A stretch of 64,000 nt of DNA from the human T2T-CHM13v2.0 reference genome, Homo sapiens. Where the stretch lies: NCBI RefSeq assembly GCF_009914755.1, contig NC_060931.1. The stretch is one strand, 5' to 3'. The position numbers were made by a program, and so were the translations under genes. Of this stretch, positions 58,533 to 64,000 are shown one piece after another (positions within the stretch are counted from its first letter, which is position 1; each line of letters opens with the position of its first letter). Under the pieces are notes generated by a model that was not told the DNA's origin, did not search any database, and was given only the letters and a program-made list of their open reading frames with translations.

Positions 58533-61299
58533 ATAAAATATATGAAAGAATGTGCACCACATTGTCTGCCATCATCATCCTACGACTGGTAGGATTGTAA
58601 GTTATTATCCTTTTTGTTATCTATATTTAAAGCATTTCCACAATGAACACAGACACCAACTAATTGATGATTGAAACAATCTAAAATCTTAAACCGGATT
58701 TTTAATCTCTGCAGGACCCGACCAACTTTTTCTTCTACCTACTTCTAACTCTGTATTCACAACAAACAAGTCTTCTTACTTTTGGACCCACTAAGTCCAT
58801 TCCTCTCTCCAGGCCTCTACACATACTTGACCTAGCATTTTCTATTACTCTTATCTCTTCCACAAGGCCTCCCCTGACTCACTCAGCCCATGATGCCAGT
58901 TTACATTCATTTCGTCTACATATCATTTAATCAGCATTATCAGTTCTTCCCATACCCTGCACTACTTTAAAGAGATATGTGTGTAAAGTACTTCTTTGCC
59001 ATATGGGTCTCTCAAGTTTCTAGAACATTTGGATCAGACATAGAACCACTTTCCACGTGAAAATGGCATTACACCAATTCAAGATAAAATGCTCCCCACA
59101 AAATTATTCAAGATAATATCTGAGCTGCATCTGCTGTTTCAGTCTGTAACAAAGGGTCTTTTTACAGGACAGCAGCAGTGGGGAGGAGAAATGGAGAGAA
59201 ACAGAAGCTGCCTCTGATGTACTGATTCTACCACACATAAATGATCTTTTCATGAGCCAATTAGGAGAGAAGGAAAGACAAAAAGCATTCTTGACTTAGG
59301 AATGGAATAGTCGCTCCTCCTCGGTGCCTGATTCAGTTATTTAGAATGGCTTTCTTACGGCTGGGCCTCTTGTGAATTATGAGTCTCTCTCTCTGTCTTC
59401 CCCCCCAGGCTTCATATTAAAGACAAGACACAGCTGCCAAGGCCTCCAGAGATTTCCCAGCAGTCTACTATGGTGAAATAAAACACCATGTTATGCTGGA
59501 CAACTAGCCTGTCGTTTCTGCACCATGGGCTGTGCTATTCTCACGGCCAAGATAAAAAATCCCAGGCCCTGGACACTTACTGCTTCTCTTGAGATTTGTG
59601 GCTTGATCTTCTAGATAGTACTCGATTTTGTGTGTGTGTTCCAGCTTCCCTGCATGATATTGATAATTATCTTCTAAAGGGATTGGATATGTTTGTATAA
59701 TATACGTATACTCCTCCTTCTTGAAATACTGTCTTGAAGGAGGGCATTTGGTTACCATTAAAGCAACTATTTTGCTTCCAAGTGGTAAGAAGTTCTGTGG
59801 CCCTGGTGCCACAGATGACTTGGGACTTTGACAGGGTTGTGATCGTCCCTATAGGCATGTTTTGTGTCATTACTACCAGAAGGATTGCATTATACAAATG
59901 GGCTGAGGTTTGTACATAATGATTGGTTGAACTGCTTCTGATGTTGCAATCTCAGCTTTATCTGCCTCAGAGTAAATGGAGCCAGCTGAAATAGGTCTGT
60001 AACCCTGCATGGAGATTTGGAGTATACTAGTGAAATGTTGGGAAGGTGTCAAATTGGAGACTATTTTTAGTTAAATGGTTTACACCCTAGTAGAGAACAA
60101 GACAGAAGGCACACATGATGCTCCACCTTCATATTTTGATTTCAGTCTTCAAATAATAGGATAAATTTCAAATCCCAGCAGTCTTACATGAGCCTATAGT
60201 AAAGGAGAAGAAGAATCTCAGAAATTAAAAAGTTCTTCATACTGATGACAGGAGCTCTCCAAGTGTTGACAAACAGCCCTCCCCACACATTCCTTTCTTC
60301 CTCTCCCATTTTATCCTAATTATAAGCTAGCAAATAGGATAAAGGAAGATACCGCTCCCTATTGGATATACCTGTGTTCAGAAATCTTTACTAAACTAAA
60401 ATCATCAGAATCCAATTTCTTTCTAACCTAACTATCTGCATGGTGTAAATGGGAGGGTAGGTAAGGATCTAATTAGTGATACAAATGTCATTTGTATATT
60501 CAATCAGACAAACAGATCCCTTTGGGAGTACACAAATAAAATCCCAAACAGTAGAATTTACCAACTGAAGGACAAAAAAGAGTCTTGTTTATTTTTCTAT
60601 TTTTTATGCAATAGGTAGGTGCTCAGTAAATATAGTTGGGTTCGATTATGAAATTGAAAACATCCATGCCCACTTTGAAGAAAATAATCTGAAAGGAAAT
60701 TATCAAATGCCATGAATATGTAAATTATACCTTGAACCACTTCTCTGCTTCTCAATTGTGAGGCCAAAATGCTTCCCACGTATAACTCACTAATTTTTAC
60801 AAGTTGTAATAGTCCCTGCAGGAAGAGAAATAGCAATTGCCATTGTTCCATTTGACAGATATGAGAACTAAAGTACAAGCTGTTAAGCCAGGGATGGTGA
60901 CTCAGTGAGTAAGAGTCAGAGTAGAATGATATGAGACTGGGACAGAGGGAGCAGAAATGCTGCCTAGAATTTACTCTGGGGCTCCTATTCTAACTCCTTG
61001 CGTCCTTTGACCAGATAACAACTTAGGAACCCCTGGCATTGCACTGTCGTACACCAGGAGAAGCTTCCCCTGCCATCACAAGGGCAGAGGAAACAGCCAA
61101 ATTCCAGGACTCACGTAGAGCAGGGGCTCTGTTTTGCTTATCATGGTGGGCCCACCTTCACCCTCATTCCCCAGTGCTACCTAATTCAGCACTTGCATTG
61201 GCCCTAGCAAACAAGGATCAGATGACAGGATGAATCAATGAAGGCCTTGTGACTCCCATTTTTGGTGTTCAACCCATTAAATCAATATTTCTTAAAACA

Positions 61300-61750
61300 A
61301 GCTGGTCATGGTGGCACATGCCTATAATCCCAGGGACTCAGGAGGCTGAAGCAAAAGGATAGCTTGAGGACAGGAGTTCAAGACCAGCCTCAGCAACATA
61401 AAGAGACCCTGTCTCTACAAAAAGTAAAAAGAAAAACATTAGTCAATCTGGTAGTCCCAGCTCCTCTGGAGGTTGAGTCAGGAGGATTGCTTGGGCCCAG
61501 GCGTTTGAGGCTGCTTTGAGTTATGATTGCTGCCCCACACTCCAGCCTGGGTGACAGAGGGAGAGAAAGAAGGAAGGAAGGAAGGAAGGAAGGAAGGAAG
61601 GAAGGAAGGAAGGAAGGAAGGAAGGAAGGGGAAAGAAGGAGAAAGAAGGAAAGAAAAGAAAGAAAGAAGGAAAGAAAGAAAGAAAAAGAAAGAAAGAAAA
61701 GAAAGAAAGAGAGAGAAAGAAAGAGAGAAAGGAAAATAAAGAAAAAAAAT
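61300..61750 (+). mobile_element. AluJ-like element whose tail has become a (GGAA)14 + (GAAA)n polypurine tract
   Basis: Alu at 61300-61565; consecutive GGAA 61572-61627; purine-only run to ~61735. Confidence 0.93.
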
Positions 61751-62084
61751 TTCTTAGGACATTACAGTCTATCCCTTTAGAAGAGAAAATGCCCCATAGC
61801 ATCGCCTGCCTGCAATCATTCCTGCAGAAACAGCAAAAAGACTTTCTACATCTCAAGGAATCACATGCCTCCGGTTCTAGTGATGCTCCTTTCCAATAAA
61901 ACAAATACTCCCTAAGCAGATAAATAAATAATCAAACACAAATAAATGTCATACATGAGGAAAGGTCTTCCATAAGTTTTGAAATAAGGAAGTTACAAAA
62001 CAGCACATTCTCTGGGCTAAGGGCTGTTAAATGTACTATCCCATTTGATCCTCATAAAAACCTTGTGAGGTAGATATTCTTTTA

Positions 62085-62374
62085 TTACTTCTGTTTTTGA
62101 GGCGGGGTCTCGCTCTGTTGCCCAGGCTGGAGTGCAGTGGTGTGATCTTGGCTCACTGTAGCCTCAAACTCCTGTGCTCAAGCAATCCTCCCACCTCAGC
62201 CTCCTGAGTAGCTGGGACCAGTGGTGCACACCCGGCTAATTTTCACATTTTTTCTGCAGAGACAGGGTTTTGCCATGTTGCCCAGGGTGGTCTCGAACTC
62301 CTGAGCTCAAACAATCTACCCGCTTCAGCCTCCCAAAGTGCTTGGATTATAGCCATAAGCCACTGCACCTGGCC
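62085..62374 (-). mobile_element. AluJ-like element in a MIR
   Basis: Antisense Alu flanked by 'tctttttatt' and MIR halves. Confidence 0.9.
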
Positions 62375-64000
62375 TCTTTTTATTCTTATTTTACAGATAA
62401 GGAAACTGAGACTTAGGTTAAGTAATGCCCAGAATCACACAGCTTGAAAAATATTTAAAACCCAATCTGTTTGAATTCAGAACATGGCATTTTACTCCTC
62501 TCTCTGGTTCTTGCTCCCACCCTGGCTTCTTGTCTCCTTTCCCCCCCTTTCTTCTCCTTTTCCTCAATTTCTGTATATCTCTCTCTCCCTCTTTTTCTCT
62601 TTCTCTCTCTCTCCTTTACCATGTAAGTTTATCTATGCATAGCTTTCTTCACATTCTCCAGGGTTTCCATAACCCACAAAACTTTCATTGCCAGGAAGCT
62701 TTGCCAGTCCCAGACTCAAAGGCCAAGCAGGGTATCTGATATTCCAGCTACGAGGCTGTTGACTAAGGTCACTGCCCCACTACTGGGCATATCCCACACT
62801 CACACATTCTGCCAAGTTGGGACTGTAAATGCATTTCGTCACATGGATGTGAAAATGGCAATTATAAAAGCAGTATTTAGAAATGGCTTCCACTTAGATT
62901 TTGGTCAACTAGTTTGTATAAACATGTACTATCAATATAAATAATTTGCATCAGAGAGGTACGTGGCCTCTTCTGTAGAAACATTCTTCATGCTCCAGAA
63001 ATTGTGTCATCAAAACATTATCCAGGTAGCAGTTAACTTCCTTTGATTCAACATGTAGATACATACTTCATAGCTAATATTTTGAGTAATGACTGTACAA
63101 ACATATGCCTAGTGGTTCACATCCATAATCTCATTTAACCAAGGCTTACAGGGTTAAATAACAGCCCAATTGTCACTTACTAAGTTGCAGAGCCATTTCT
63201 CCAATAAAGGTGGGCCTCCTGTCAGGATCTAAGTTCTCAACCCTTCTGCTCTCAGTGACAAATATAGGGCCATCCCTGTGGAAGATAAAAATGAAATGGC
63301 TCAGTCAAACAACATAGAATCCATTAACAAACATTTTTTAAAAGGTTTACAAACATAATAATAAAGGACAGAATGCAACCTAATAGCACCTTCTTGTCCA
63401 ACAGATAAGAAGTAGTAATGATATCTTAGAGCAGACCTTTAATTTGTGAGGGATGCTTTTTAAGAGAACTTAGAGAAAAGAGGAAACCACAGAGCATACT
63501 CAGAGGCAGGCAACTCTCCAAACAATTACTTCTGCAGAGTCGAGTCAAGACTGAGTTGAGACTGATGGGGTAAAAGTCCAGAAAGTCAGTGATGGGGGTG
63601 GGTTTAAAACTTGTATGCATCTGGAGATAAAGAGGTCAGAAGGGCTGAGGAAAGATTAGAGTTAATGACCCACATGGACTAGAAATCCTCTGGCAGTAAG
63701 TAACCCCTGACACCAGGGGGTGGCTGATACAATCAGAACAGGACAGACACCGAGAAGTCAAAAACTAACCATTAGTAAATACAATAGGGCTTTTGAAGGC
63801 CAAGACTCCTCCTTGCTTTATTTATTTATTTATTGCTATAGATCATTTACTTAATACACGATAGTTCTTAGGATAGTACACACTGTTAACTTATAATCAT
63901 TATTAGGTTGAGAGAGAAAAACACAAATTAAACATCACACACAAATTAAAGATCTGTTCTCTTTAACAAATCATGACTACTCTTTATCTGTTGGGCTGAG

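Noticed and set aside
59667-59930. Faint resemblance of the minus-strand translation (SAHL...W...NG...GVYVYY) to a TNF-family domain
   Set aside because: Spacing is wrong, stops flank it, and the downstream TNF strands are absent; an HMM search would be required and I expect no hit.
57127-61904. ORFs with ERERER / SLSLSL / EGRKEGRK / PSFL repeats
   Set aside because: Microsatellite translations.

Overview
Primate, almost certainly human, genomic DNA. It contains about 20 Alu copies, an L1PA element, a HERV-W LTR17, an LTR1, MaLR/ERVL LTRs, MIR and L2. The window opens in a CpG-island promoter that looks bidirectional. From memory only (unverified), the minus-strand leader resembles the CEP83 5' end, with CEP83-DT divergent. 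The remaining ~63 kb is repeat-rich, apparently intergenic or lncRNA territory, and I found no supportable host protein-coding exon. The only real ORFs are retroelement-derived: an intact L1 ORF1, a broken ORF2, ERVL gag remnants and the last 22 codons of HERV-W env. I see no new multi-gene system. The most unusual structures are: (1) an 887-bp 'mini' HERV-W provirus with both integration ends and its TSD, in which 9 nt of 5' LTR are fused to the end of env; (2) three separate 140-180-bp local templated duplications within 20 kb, one inside an LTR1 and one later split by the L1; (3) a perfect 31-bp palindrome centred on an AP-1 site; (4) a 49-bp TSD-flanked poly(A) micro-insertion of unknown source; (5) a perfect 48-bp tandem duplication. 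Repeat subfamily names come from recalled consensus sequences, and boundaries of the old repeats are approximate.
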